From positions 1-60,776 of the IMG/VR virus record IMGVR_UViG_3300046739_000367: DNA of 60,776 nt. One strand, 5' to 3'. A program made the translations under genes and the position numbers. The notes beneath the pieces are model-generated. The model did no database searches, was not told the origin of the DNA, and saw nothing but the letters and a program-made list of their open reading frames with translations. The stretch is from a virus (lineage: Duplodnaviria > Caudoviricetes). This document shows, in pieces, positions 7,433 through 18,036 of this stretch; the stretch's first letter is position 1, and each line of letters begins with the position of its first letter.

Positions 7433-9931
7433 ATGCCGATTAGCGTAGGCGAGGTTAATGCAAGCATCCGCTTCGCAATAGCGAGCTCCGAGCTCGATGC
7501 GGCGAAGTCTAAGCTGAAGGAGCTCGCCGACGAATTCAACGCGACCGGTGGAGCGGCGACGATCTCCGGTCAACGCATCCTCGCGACGATGGGTCCGCTA
7601 CAAGAGCGGATTGAAGCCATCCGCATGGATGCGGAGAAGCTCCGGATCGAGATCGCCCAGTACGAGACGTCGACGGGCCTCCGGGCGATCAAGCAGCAGG
7701 CGGATCAGGCGTCTCAGTCGTTCGACCAGATGCAGATGCTCGCGTTGCGCATGGGCGAACGGATGCTCATGCTGTACGCGTTGAAGGCGTCTTTCGACTT
7801 CGTCAAGGGGATCTACGAAGCCGCAGACGCCCTCGTCACTCTGTCGGACAAGACGGGGATGTCGATTACGTACCTGCAACAGCTCCAGGCGACGGGGGTC
7901 GGTACCTCCGAGAGCACGAAGGAGCTGGGCTCTGCGATCGAACACCTTGACAAGAACCTCGAAGAGATGAAGGGTGGAGACGCCCTGAAGGAGATCGGGA
8001 TCACGTTCGGTGACATTTTTAAGATGAATCCGGACCAGCGCTTCGAGCAGGTTGCGTTGAAGATCGCAGCGATTCAGTCGCCTGCGGAACGGGCCCGCTT
8101 GGAGATCCAACTCTTTGGGACGGACGGCATCGATCCCCTGATCATGAAGATCGGGCAGTTGGGGCCGGCACTCACGAAGATGGACACCGCAATGGACGAG
8201 ACGACGGTCCGTGCACTGTCCGACGCGAAACGCTCGTACTCCGAGTTCGGCACGATGCTCGAGGGACTCGGGGCGAAGATGCTGGATACGGCATCGAAGT
8301 CCGTTGCGCTCGCCGCTTCGCCGATCTTCGTCCTCTGGAAAGCGGGCATCCCCGGGCTCATGGACGCGATCAAGAACTCGGATATGTTCGCCGCGAGCCT
8401 TGACCACGTCGCCGACTCCGCACATAAGGTCCCGCCGGTTCCTCCGCTCATGGGTCAGGCGTTCATCGACAGCCTGAAGGTTCAGATCCCCATGACGAAG
8501 GAGCAGACGGCTGCTCTTGACCAGCTCCGGGCGATGGGCGAGCTAACGTACCAGAACGCGGTGAAGGCGACAGCACAGAACCAGATCAGCGAAGCCCAGT
8601 ACAAGAACTACGAGAAGGCGGTCAAGGACGCGGCCGCTGCCGAACGTGCGCACGAAGCGGATATCAAGAAGTCCGTTGAAGCATACGAGCACTATACAAA
8701 GGTCATCGACGAAGTCCTTTCCGCCGGTACGTCCTGGAAGACCACCATCGCCGGGATGAACTCCGAACTTCACGAGCATGTGAAGACGCTCTTGGAAGCT
8801 GGAGTCGGTGAGAAAGCGATCGAAGAATGGACTGGTGCTACCGCAACGCAGACGCATGCGGTCGTCAAGGAACTGCACGACGAAGCGGAAGCCCGTGCTC
8901 TCGTGAGGCGCACCGCTGAGGACGAAGCGAAGGTCCTCGCTCAGCTCGCGATGATCAAGGCCGACTACGAAGCCTCTGACCTCCAGAAGGTCTTCGCGAA
9001 CAACGAGCGAAAGTACCAGGACGCCGTCGCCACCGCCCAGAAGATCGGGATCGTCGACGCGAAGTACTATAACGACCTCGCACGTCTACGCAACGCCGAG
9101 AACGACGCGGCTGAGAAGAACTTGGCGGACCGCGATCAGAACTCTCGGTCGCACTACGTCAAGATGTTGCAGGATGCGATCGACTACTACCAGGCTCTCG
9201 AGATGGACTCGTCAAATCACACAACCGCCGAAATCGCTCGGGCGAAGTTGGAGGTCGACGAGAAGCGGAAGCTCCTCCAGAATTGGAGTCGAGACGCAAC
9301 GACGCTGCTCTCACAGGGGACGAATGCTGCGACCGTCTTCGTCAGCAACTGGCAGGAAGGCCTGATGATGATGGATCAGGGGCTTGACGCCTCGAACATC
9401 AAGGTCCGAGGCCTGACGGGCGAGGTCGAGAGCCTCACCGACGCGATCAAGGAGTTCAACAGGGGGAACTCCATCACGTACGACATCTCGACAGCTAAAG
9501 GAGTCGCCGACCTCCACAAGATGAACCCGAAGCTGCGAGACAACTTGTCGGACAGTGATCTGATGGCCCTCGGTCAACAGGGGTTTACGATCCAGGACCT
9601 CGTCGCCGCAGGCTTCCTCGACTTCAACGCCGGACTCGCCGAGATGTTCGGTCAGACAGACCGGTACACCGGAACTCCGAACCCCGCGATCGACGCGGCA
9701 CTTCAGAAGATCCATGCGGGGACCGCATCGCCGAAGACGCCTCTCGTCACGCCAACGAACAGCCCACTCGCTCCGACGTCTGCAGGAGCCGGAGGTGCTC
9801 AGGTCGGGATGTCGAACACGTTCAACGTGAACGGAACGGCGGACGAAGTCGCACAGAAAATCGCTGACAAGATCAAGCAGCAGCTGATGGCGAAGGTTAC
9901 GCTTACTCGCAAATTCGGGACGGCTTCCTAA
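7433..9931 (+). CDS. tape measure protein
   Basis: 832 aa, helical and Ala-rich, LSDKTGMS..LQ and LFG motifs, follows the chaperone. Confidence 0.9.
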   Translation: MPISVGEVNASIRFAIASSELDAAKSKLKELADEFNATGGAATISGQRILATMGPLQERIEAIRMDAEKLRIEIAQYETSTGLRAIKQQADQASQSFDQMQMLALRMGERMLMLYALKASFDFVKGIYEAADALVTLSDKTGMSITYLQQLQATGVGTSESTKELGSAIEHLDKNLEEMKGGDALKEIGITFGDIFKMNPDQRFEQVALKIAAIQSPAERARLEIQLFGTDGIDPLIMKIGQLGPALTKMDTAMDETTVRALSDAKRSYSEFGTMLEGLGAKMLDTASKSVALAASPIFVLWKAGIPGLMDAIKNSDMFAASLDHVADSAHKVPPVPPLMGQAFIDSLKVQIPMTKEQTAALDQLRAMGELTYQNAVKATAQNQISEAQYKNYEKAVKDAAAAERAHEADIKKSVEAYEHYTKVIDEVLSAGTSWKTTIAGMNSELHEHVKTLLEAGVGEKAIEEWTGATATQTHAVVKELHDEAEARALVRRTAEDEAKVLAQLAMIKADYEASDLQKVFANNERKYQDAVATAQKIGIVDAKYYNDLARLRNAENDAAEKNLADRDQNSRSHYVKMLQDAIDYYQALEMDSSNHTTAEIARAKLEVDEKRKLLQNWSRDATTLLSQGTNAATVFVSNWQEGLMMMDQGLDASNIKVRGLTGEVESLTDAIKEFNRGNSITYDISTAKGVADLHKMNPKLRDNLSDSDLMALGQQGFTIQDLVAAGFLDFNAGLAEMFGQTDRYTGTPNPAIDAALQKIHAGTASPKTPLVTPTNSPLAPTSAGAGGAQVGMSNTFNVNGTADEVAQKIADKIKQQLMAKVTLTRKFGTAS

Positions 9932-12900
9932 TGGCGAAAGAACGTAACATGATCGGGTTCGAACTCGGGACGATCGACGAGTTCAGCATCTTCGCAGCGG
10001 GCTGTTCGCTCGTGAACGATCCTGCTGGAATCACGCCGCGCACGGGCCTGTGGTTCCTGCGGATGGCGCCGACGGCACAGCAATCGACGGTCAACATCGT
10101 TTCGGACGGAACAGTCCTGAACGGGAGCTACGCAGGATCCGGTCACCTGCGGATTCATGTTCGGATGTTTATCCGTATCAATACGTACCCGTCAAGCTCA
10201 CTTCAGTTCGCCGACTTCGGTACGATCTGCAACCTGTTCATTGGTACGACCGGGCAGTTGGCGGTCAACTTCACTGGGCATGCTGCAACGGCTGGTCCGA
10301 CGGTACCGATCGACGGTGCATGGCACCAGATCGATCTCGACTTCGACATGGACGGGAACACGCCGGCGACCTCGACATTCTCAGTCCAACTCGACGGCGG
10401 ATCGCTGACGACAGTCACCCAGGTGAACGCCGGTCCGTTCGGTTGCGGCGATATCAACCTGGGTATCAACACGAACAACACGTTCTCGATCGACGTAGAC
10501 GACTACGTGATGTTCGCCGCGAACCTGACAGACGCTGCAAGCACGCTTGTACTCCCGACGCAGAACCACATCGTCCCGGTACCGATCGTTACGCAAGGAG
10601 CGACGAATCAGTGGACAGGCAACTATACCGCGGTCGAGGACATTCCGCCGTCGACATCCCCCGACACGTTTCAGGCTGGAACTGCTGTTGGCCAAAAGGT
10701 CACGTGGCAGAAGGATCTGCACCAGTGGAACGACATCACGAATCTCGTCGCCGGGATCAAGATGTATACGTACGTCCGGATGCAGGGGAGCGGAACGAGT
10801 TCGGTCCAGGTCATAATCAATAACGTCATCGTCAACACGATCACGAACTTCCCGTTGATCCCAGCGGGGTACCCGACAGGAGCGAGAGTCCGAGGCGGCT
10901 TCGACTGGAACACGTACGATCCGGTTACATACGACGGCATCGAGCTCGGACTCATCCAGAACGGTACGCTCCAGGCGAACGCCGGCGGTATCTTCGCCGA
11001 GGTCCTGTGCGATGTCACAGCCACCCCGAACGTTAAGTTCGACACGCTCACTCCGAACAGTGGGTCGACGGCGGGAGGGACAGTCGTTACGTTCACTGGT
11101 ACGTTCTCCCGGAAGACCGGAGGGATCTCCTTCGGGGGATCTCCGTTCACAATTACGAACATCTCCGTAACGCAGATCGTAGGGACGACGTCAGGGCATG
11201 CTGCAGGAGTCGTCGACGTCACCGCGTACCAGACAACGGTCTTCCCTCAGGGGTATACCTACGTCAGTGGGATCGCCGGGATCGTCTTCGTCGAGCCGAA
11301 CGCCCGGTTCAATCCTGGGCACTCGGCGGAACGCCGTCTGGACAATACGCCGGGGCAGTTCAAGTTCGAGACGACGGCGGCTCTTGCTGCTGGGTCTCCG
11401 TTGAAGGTTGTTGGGCAAGGCTCTACGCAAATTGTCAACGGCGTAGCCGTCCGCAGCACGCGCATCGTCGAGGCGAAGCGTACGAGCCTAAAGACCTCGA
11501 TCGAGGGGACGGATCGGCAGTACTACCTGAACCGCCGACTCGTCTACGGCACGTGGGTAAACACCGCCGCAGACCAGGTCCTCACGGCAATCCTCGCGAC
11601 CTTCGCCCCAGACTTCAGCCCCGGCGGGATTCAGGGCGGGATGCCGTCGATCAGCGTTCAGTTCGCACGTGACGCAAACGTCTCCGAAGCGTTCTCGAAG
11701 ATCATGCAGGGGATCGGCGGACACTGGTTCATGGACCTGAACGGTGTCATGCACGCGTATATCGGAGTTCCGATCGGCATCGCCGCCCCTGACACGCTCG
11801 ACAACAATAATCGGAGCATCCAGTACGACCCGCAGATCCAGTGCGTAACCGATCTCTCGCAGATCCGGAATCGTGTATACGTACGTGGTCGTGGCAACCC
11901 GGCAGCGGTTACAACAGGGACTCCCTTCTTCAACGCCTGGTGGAACGTCAACGCCCCGCTCTTCGACTTTACTCTCGCACCGAAAGGCGCGGAGACGAAT
12001 GCGGGGGTGAACGTCCTAACGCTCAGCGGCTGGCGTCCGTCCTACGGCGGGTTCTACACCGGACCTAGCGGGCACGGTCAGTTCTCCTTCGCCACGAACT
12101 CCGGGATCTGGCGGAACTTCGCGAATACGCAGGCGATCGTTCCCGGGAATGGGTTCGACTACGTCGGAACGTTTCCGGGGTATGGCCCTGCGAGTATTAC
12201 GAACATCCACGCCCTAATCGCGATCGAGAACCCACACGATCCCCGGATCACCGGCTTCACCCTCTACCGGATGCGTCAGGCCGTCGACATGTCCACGTGG
12301 TACCTCGTCGGGACGATCGCAATCGATCCGACTGGAGCGAACCAGTACACGTTCCACGATGACATGGATGAAGCTTCGCTTCTGGCCGGAGGCGTTCCGG
12401 TTCCTCAGCCGAACACGACCGGCGACACCTCTCAGACGATCTACGTCATGCAGGAGGATACGGTCGCCCAGGGCAAGCTTGCAGCGATTGAAGGAGGCGA
12501 CGGAATTCACGAGTACCAGATCAATGACCCGTCGATCCAGACGACAGCGGATGCTACGTCGCGAGCCCTCGCAGAGCTCGCACTCTTCGCGAACCCGATC
12601 GTCACGTTCGACTACTACACCCGTGACCAGAAGTCGCTGCCAGGAGCGATCGTCCACATCAACCTGCCGGACATCGGGCCAGTCGGCGACTACCAGATTC
12701 AACAGGTGACGGTCGACCAGGTCAAGAACTTCAGGCGCGGAATCGACTTCCTCGTGGAACGGTACCATGTCATCGCATCAAGCGTTCGATTCACTATTGA
12801 TGATCTTTTCCGCCGCGTGCTCCTTACCGATACCCCTTCGTCGGCGTCGACGTCGGGGAACGTGGCGTCGGTTATTCCGCAGCCAGCTGCACCGACGACT

Positions 12901-13125
12901 GGGACAGTCACGCATATCGGTGAGGGTGTTACGGGAACCGTAAACGGGATTAATACGCTGTTCACGACACTGGCTCCCTACACGGCGAACAAACTCGCGG
13001 TGTACCGAAACGGTGTTCGCCAACAGCGGACTGCGGACTACACGGAGACGACGCCAGCATCCGGAACCTTCACCTTCGTAACCGCACCGACAACAGGAGA
13101 CGTTATCACGGTGGACTATGTTTAA
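9931..13125 (+). CDS. multidomain tail-tip / baseplate hub protein (lectin-like N-terminus, IPT/TIG domain, hub)
   Basis: TPNSGSTAGGTVVTFTG (IPT); DLSQIRNRVYVRG and hub-like C-terminal segment. Confidence 0.7.
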   Translation: MAKERNMIGFELGTIDEFSIFAAGCSLVNDPAGITPRTGLWFLRMAPTAQQSTVNIVSDGTVLNGSYAGSGHLRIHVRMFIRINTYPSSSLQFADFGTICNLFIGTTGQLAVNFTGHAATAGPTVPIDGAWHQIDLDFDMDGNTPATSTFSVQLDGGSLTTVTQVNAGPFGCGDINLGINTNNTFSIDVDDYVMFAANLTDAASTLVLPTQNHIVPVPIVTQGATNQWTGNYTAVEDIPPSTSPDTFQAGTAVGQKVTWQKDLHQWNDITNLVAGIKMYTYVRMQGSGTSSVQVIINNVIVNTITNFPLIPAGYPTGARVRGGFDWNTYDPVTYDGIELGLIQNGTLQANAGGIFAEVLCDVTATPNVKFDTLTPNSGSTAGGTVVTFTGTFSRKTGGISFGGSPFTITNISVTQIVGTTSGHAAGVVDVTAYQTTVFPQGYTYVSGIAGIVFVEPNARFNPGHSAERRLDNTPGQFKFETTAALAAGSPLKVVGQGSTQIVNGVAVRSTRIVEAKRTSLKTSIEGTDRQYYLNRRLVYGTWVNTAADQVLTAILATFAPDFSPGGIQGGMPSISVQFARDANVSEAFSKIMQGIGGHWFMDLNGVMHAYIGVPIGIAAPDTLDNNNRSIQYDPQIQCVTDLSQIRNRVYVRGRGNPAAVTTGTPFFNAWWNVNAPLFDFTLAPKGAETNAGVNVLTLSGWRPSYGGFYTGPSGHGQFSFATNSGIWRNFANTQAIVPGNGFDYVGTFPGYGPASITNIHALIAIENPHDPRITGFTLYRMRQAVDMSTWYLVGTIAIDPTGANQYTFHDDMDEASLLAGGVPVPQPNTTGDTSQTIYVMQEDTVAQGKLAAIEGGDGIHEYQINDPSIQTTADATSRALAELALFANPIVTFDYYTRDQKSLPGAIVHINLPDIGPVGDYQIQQVTVDQVKNFRRGIDFLVERYHVIASSVRFTIDDLFRRVLLTDTPSSASTSGNVASVIPQPAAPTTGTVTHIGEGVTGTVNGINTLFTTLAPYTANKLAVYRNGVRQQRTADYTETTPASGTFTFVTAPTTGDVITVDYV

Positions 13126-15013
13126 CAAACAGAAGCTCACGCGCCTGTACTTCCTCCACTTCCCGTGGATCGTTGTCGCGGTCCTCATGTGCTTCCTTCT
13201 CGGAGGCGCTGCTGCGCAGACTCTGATCAACGGGAACCAGATCCAATCGCATACAGTGAAGGCCCTCCAGCTGGACACTCCGGGCGTAACCGCTGCAACT
13301 TACGGCGACGCTACGCACGTCGGACAGTTTGCCGTAGCGGCAGATGGTCGACTGACCTCGGCAACGAACGTCGCGATCACGGGAGGCGGCGGAGGAACTG
13401 GAACGCCTGGAGCCCTCGTTCTGATCTCCCAGATCGTGACGAGCGGGTCGCAAGCGACGGTAGACTTCGCGAGTATTCCAGCAACGTACCGTAACCTCAT
13501 CGTCATGTGGCAGGCGGCGGATACGCAGGCGGGAACGAATTCCGTTTCGTTGAATATGAAGGTTAACGCCGACGGCACCGCTGCGAATTACACCGGCGTG
13601 TTCCGGTACGGCTCCCAGAACACGGCAACGTTCGGGTCGAACCAGGCACCGACTACATCAGGTATCCAGGTAGGGTTCATGCCTCAATCTGGGAACACGA
13701 GTATGCTCGGGTCGGGGGAGGTCAGCATCTTCGACTATACTAACACGTCGTTCCACAAGCGCGTGAACGGGTGGGCGAATGGTGAAGACGGTACAACTAA
13801 CGGTACAGAATGGTCGTTCAATTCCCGCTGGAAGAATACGGCCGCAGTCAACGAGCTCACGTTCCTCGCCGGAGGCACCGCCTTCCAGAACGGCACGGTG
13901 TTCTCCCTCTACGGCGTGACGTCTTCGACTTCCAGCTCGCCGACTAACGGGGCTCTCGTCCTTCTCGAGCAGCACACGGCAAGTGCGAGTGCGACAGTCG
14001 ACTTCACTCAGTTCTCGACGACCTACGACGAGTACATTATTGAGTACATGAACGTCGTCCCTGCGACGAACAACGTTTCGTTCGAACTCTTGATGTCGAC
14101 GAACGGAGGGTCGTCTTACGACACGACAGCCGGGCACTACAAGTACGCGAGTTACATCACGAACGATACAGGTGCGTTCTCGACGAACTCGGTCGGGAGT
14201 AATAGCGCCGCATTCATCCAGATGGCAGCGAACCTGAGCAATCTTGCCGACGGCACATCCGGTACGATGCGGCTCTGGAATCCCCAGCAGACGGCAAGCA
14301 ACCACGCGATCGACGGAAACTTCAACTACCTGAACAACGACACGAACCGCTATCGCGGGATGATGACCGGGTACTTCGCCCAGACGACAGCGTATAATGC
14401 CGTTCGCTTCGTAATGTCGGCGGGGAACGTTTCGAGCGGTACGTTCCGGATGTACGGCGTCTCGAACGTTCTGGGCTCAGGAGGAAGTGCGGCGGGGAAG
14501 GTTCTCCTCGAACAGCATACTGCGAGTACGAGCACGTCGCTGGACTTCACTACGTGTATCTCGTCGTCCTACGACTCGTACGAGTTCGAGTTCCTGAACG
14601 TTCTACCGGCGACGACTGGTTCCACCCTTAACCTCCGGATGTCGACGGATGGCGGGGTCACGTACGACGCGGGTGCGAATTACCGACACGCGTACACGTT
14701 CTCAAACACGAACAACGCGGGAGGCACGAGCGGTAGTAACGGTGAGACCGGTATGGTGTTCATGGGCGGAATCACTAACACCGCATCCGACGGAGGAGGT
14801 AGCGGGTACCTCCGGATGTTCAATCCCGCGAGTACGAACACGAGACAGTTCGAATTCGGAAGCTCGTTCCGATTCACCGACACGTTCTGGTACCACATTC
14901 ACGGTGCTGGGCAGTGGACGAATACTACGACCGCCGCCAACGCAGTTCGCTTTCTTATGAGCGCGGGAAACATCACTAGCGGTACAATCCGCTGTTACGG
15001 AATGGGCAAATGA
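13118..15013 (+). CDS. tail fibre / receptor-binding protein with three tandem ~180-aa beta domains and an N-terminal signal-peptide-like segment
   Basis: Three repeats of VL(I/L)xQ...(V/L)DF...Y...GT...YG(V/M); fibre-like TYGDAT..V..DGRLT motif. Confidence 0.7.
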   Translation: MFNKQKLTRLYFLHFPWIVVAVLMCFLLGGAAAQTLINGNQIQSHTVKALQLDTPGVTAATYGDATHVGQFAVAADGRLTSATNVAITGGGGGTGTPGALVLISQIVTSGSQATVDFASIPATYRNLIVMWQAADTQAGTNSVSLNMKVNADGTAANYTGVFRYGSQNTATFGSNQAPTTSGIQVGFMPQSGNTSMLGSGEVSIFDYTNTSFHKRVNGWANGEDGTTNGTEWSFNSRWKNTAAVNELTFLAGGTAFQNGTVFSLYGVTSSTSSSPTNGALVLLEQHTASASATVDFTQFSTTYDEYIIEYMNVVPATNNVSFELLMSTNGGSSYDTTAGHYKYASYITNDTGAFSTNSVGSNSAAFIQMAANLSNLADGTSGTMRLWNPQQTASNHAIDGNFNYLNNDTNRYRGMMTGYFAQTTAYNAVRFVMSAGNVSSGTFRMYGVSNVLGSGGSAAGKVLLEQHTASTSTSLDFTTCISSSYDSYEFEFLNVLPATTGSTLNLRMSTDGGVTYDAGANYRHAYTFSNTNNAGGTSGSNGETGMVFMGGITNTASDGGGSGYLRMFNPASTNTRQFEFGSSFRFTDTFWYHIHGAGQWTNTTTAANAVRFLMSAGNITSGTIRCYGMGK

Positions 15014-15528
15014 TCCCGGAGGTCCGCGGAATGTCGCACGAAGCACTCGGTGAACTGGTCGACGAACTCGATCGGAAGTATCAAGCTGGTCATCAGCGGC
15101 TCCGTCAGGAGCTGGAGGAACAGGGACAAAAGATCGAGTCGAACTACACCTTCTTCCGAGATCGTTCGGAACAGGACCGCCGTCGGATGTCCGAACTGGC
15201 AAAGGACATCGAAACTCTCGGGAGGGCCCCCGTGAATGTTGACAAGATCATCTTCTCACCCCGTGTGGTATTTACGATAGTCGTTTCTCTGTTGTCCATC
15301 TACGGGTTCTTCCTAGCGTCGACTTCCAGCATGAGGACAGACATCCACGACCTCGCGCAGAAGTACGACTCGCAGCAAATCGTGAATAAGGCCCACACGG
15401 AGCTTCAGGACATGCAGCAGCAGTCTCTGCAGACTGACGTCGCCGACCTGAAACACCAGCTCCAACAACAGCAGATCGAAATCGCGAACCTGAAGACTCA
15501 GCTCGCGCAGAAGGGAGTATCCCGATGA
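15010..15528 (+). CDS. membrane-anchored coiled-coil protein (lysis module)
   Basis: One TM segment (VVFTIVVSLLSIYGFFLA) flanked by coiled coils. Confidence 0.55.
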   Translation: MIPEVRGMSHEALGELVDELDRKYQAGHQRLRQELEEQGQKIESNYTFFRDRSEQDRRRMSELAKDIETLGRAPVNVDKIIFSPRVVFTIVVSLLSIYGFFLASTSSMRTDIHDLAQKYDSQQIVNKAHTELQDMQQQSLQTDVADLKHQLQQQQIEIANLKTQLAQKGVSR

Positions 15529-15728
15529 CCATCGAAACCGGAAACGCCCTCGGACTGGGATGCCCTCCTGGCTCCGCCACCCAGCTCACGTCCCTCGTCA
15601 ACCTGATCCAGGCGAAGAACGTCGGGCTTATGACCCGGACTCAATGCGTAGTCGCTGCAAAGCGGATTCTCGCCGCGTACAACGACTTCAAACTGGTCCC
15701 GTCGATCATCGAGGAGTGCAAGAAGTGA
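15525..15728 (+). CDS. hypothetical protein
   Basis: ATGA/GTGA overlaps on both sides. Confidence 0.5.
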   Translation: MTIETGNALGLGCPPGSATQLTSLVNLIQAKNVGLMTRTQCVVAAKRILAAYNDFKLVPSIIEECKK

Positions 15729-16183
15729 TCGCTGACGACCTCATCCGGGAGGCCCGGAGATTCCTCGACGTTCGGGAGACTGATCCGAACTGTGGGCTCT
15801 GGGTCGAGTTCTTCCAGAGGTTCTGTAACGGAACGTCCGGGACGAGTTGGTGTGCGGACTTCGTCTCGACTCTGCTGAACCTCGTATACTACGGGATTCC
15901 GCCGCTACCGCGGACCCAGTCGACGATTACGATGCTTCGCGTCGCCCAGCTGAAGAAGATGGACGTGACGGAGCCGATGGTCGGGGACCTCTTCTTCATG
16001 GTCACGCTTCCGACGAAGGTCCCGCATCACGTTGGAATCGTGACAGGCGTCTCCCCACTCACAGGCATCGCCGGGAATACCTCACCGAATGGGATGTCCT
16101 CGAATGGAACGGGAGTGTATGAACACCCGCTTACGGCGGATCCGGCGACGTACGTATTCGTCCGTTTGCCGGAGGTGAACTAG
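15725..16183 (+). CDS. endolysin, CHAP-type cysteine amidase/peptidase
   Basis: SWCADFVS ... GDL ... HVGIV ... IAGNTS; GTG start at 15725. Confidence 0.8.
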   Translation: MIADDLIREARRFLDVRETDPNCGLWVEFFQRFCNGTSGTSWCADFVSTLLNLVYYGIPPLPRTQSTITMLRVAQLKKMDVTEPMVGDLFFMVTLPTKVPHHVGIVTGVSPLTGIAGNTSPNGMSSNGTGVYEHPLTADPATYVFVRLPEVN

Positions 16184-18036
16184 TGCCTGAGATCAATGGC
16201 CTTGGGCGGCTCGGGGCAGGAGTTGCCGGTGGAACCATCTCAATCGACAACGGTGCAATTGCATCCGGCGGCGGCGCCTGCTGGATGGACGATGACAACC
16301 TCGTGTTCGGCGGGCCGAGCGCTGGTGGCGGCTGGTACTTTCGCAAGTATACGGTTTCGACAAAGACGTTCACGGACATCGACCCGAACGGACCGAACTT
16401 CGTGGCTGCGGGAGGTGGTCGCTACGCGTTTCAAGGAGCGGCTCTTGTTACGAACGGCTGGCCATTCACTCCGGCGACGTCACGCATGTCCCTCTGCATC
16501 ACAGACGGTCGCGGAGCGGCGAATCCTGAAGGACTGGTTGCCCTGTGCACGGACGGGTCGTGTACGAGATTCAACGTATACGCTCCCGGAATCCCTGAGC
16601 CGATCGACAGCGTGCCCGGTGCAGCCTACAACCTCTGCCTCGTGCGCCCCGGCGCCTACGTCTGGGACGGAGGAGAGTACGGGTATCACGTCGACCTCCC
16701 CATCGCATGTACTCGTCGACGAGTCGTTACCCTCAACGGCGTCGACTGGATCGTAGGCTGGTCCAACGCCCTCGGCGTGTTCGCCGCGCCCAACGGGTCA
16801 AAGGACGGATACATCATCGTCCCCTCCCCGGGGCTCGCCTACTACCACCAGGCCCGCGTCGTAGGCGGCCGCCTCCTCATCGCCTGGTCTACCACCCAAG
16901 GCGAAGCCCTGGGGACGAACGCCATCGTCGCGGTCGACATGTCGAAGCCGCTGCAACCTCTGGTTCCGACTCCAGTCGTTCCGACGTTCTCGTTCAACCA
17001 CCCAGTGATAGTCGCGCCGTTCAAGGATCCGCAGGGTGCGACGGCCGCTCCGATGGAAGTCGTCGTCAACCAGAATCAGCAGACGAAGACGAGACCCGCC
17101 TTCGGTGCGGAGGACTCGATCCTGCAGGTCCTACCCGGACAGCTCCAAGGAGTATACAGTGAGAATACCGCTTCCCCGGAAACTCCGCTCACAATTGCGC
17201 AGGACCTCCGGACGCGACTGGTCCTATGTCACGACGCGCAGTCTATCTGGACGCCGCCTCCAGGTCTACGTCCATACGACATACCATGCGTGGAACTGTA
17301 CCTGCTTGTCGGCGAGTCGGCGGCGTCAGCGTACACTCGCTGGGTCCACAACGTCGACGCAGTCCTGAACGCCTGGCGCTACTCGACCATCGCCGTCGTC
17401 CCGATGTTCTACTGTGAGGGCGGAGCCCCTCCGAACGAGACGTTCACGGTCGCCCAGGTCTGCGACGCTCTTCAGTACCTCTCGCAGATCGTGAACTCGT
17501 CTTCCCGGATCACCGTGATCCTCCCGTTCGAATACCTTCGGGCGAACGGCATCACCGGACACCCGGAACTACAACAGGCATTTGACAATCTCGAAGCCGC
17601 TGCAAAGGCGGCTGGTCTCGCAACGCTTCCGCCGATCTCGTCAACCTTCAAGCAACTGAGGAGAGTGAAGATGCAACCGTTCTCCGGCTTCGTCAAGATC
17701 AACCAGTGGGGCGCTCCGGAGCTCTACTACACGGGCGTGAACCCGAACGACCCGTCGAAGGCCGTTTACTTCAATCGGCCGAACGAACCGAATCAGGGCG
17801 GACCGTGGGAGCTCATCAACTTCACTCCTCAGGGGAACCTGTGGGCGGCGAAGTATGACGCCGCAAGCGTCTGGCTCTCCATCCAGAACAACGGAACGCT
17901 GCAGAGCCGGCCTGGTGGAAACAACCCCGGCGCCTTCGAACTCTTCCAGATCCGTCAGGAAGACGACAGTCAGCGGATCATCCTCTACCGCGACGACCTG
18001 ATCGGCTGCGAACTCTTGGTCGAGGTGAAGCAGTGA
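16183..18036 (+). CDS. multidomain hypothetical protein with a fascin/beta-trefoil-like C-terminus
   Basis: 617 aa; C-terminal GPWELINF / GAFELFQI repeats. Confidence 0.5.
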   Translation: MPEINGLGRLGAGVAGGTISIDNGAIASGGGACWMDDDNLVFGGPSAGGGWYFRKYTVSTKTFTDIDPNGPNFVAAGGGRYAFQGAALVTNGWPFTPATSRMSLCITDGRGAANPEGLVALCTDGSCTRFNVYAPGIPEPIDSVPGAAYNLCLVRPGAYVWDGGEYGYHVDLPIACTRRRVVTLNGVDWIVGWSNALGVFAAPNGSKDGYIIVPSPGLAYYHQARVVGGRLLIAWSTTQGEALGTNAIVAVDMSKPLQPLVPTPVVPTFSFNHPVIVAPFKDPQGATAAPMEVVVNQNQQTKTRPAFGAEDSILQVLPGQLQGVYSENTASPETPLTIAQDLRTRLVLCHDAQSIWTPPPGLRPYDIPCVELYLLVGESAASAYTRWVHNVDAVLNAWRYSTIAVVPMFYCEGGAPPNETFTVAQVCDALQYLSQIVNSSSRITVILPFEYLRANGITGHPELQQAFDNLEAAAKAAGLATLPPISSTFKQLRRVKMQPFSGFVKINQWGAPELYYTGVNPNDPSKAVYFNRPNEPNQGGPWELINFTPQGNLWAAKYDAASVWLSIQNNGTLQSRPGGNNPGAFELFQIRQEDDSQRIILYRDDLIGCELLVEVKQ

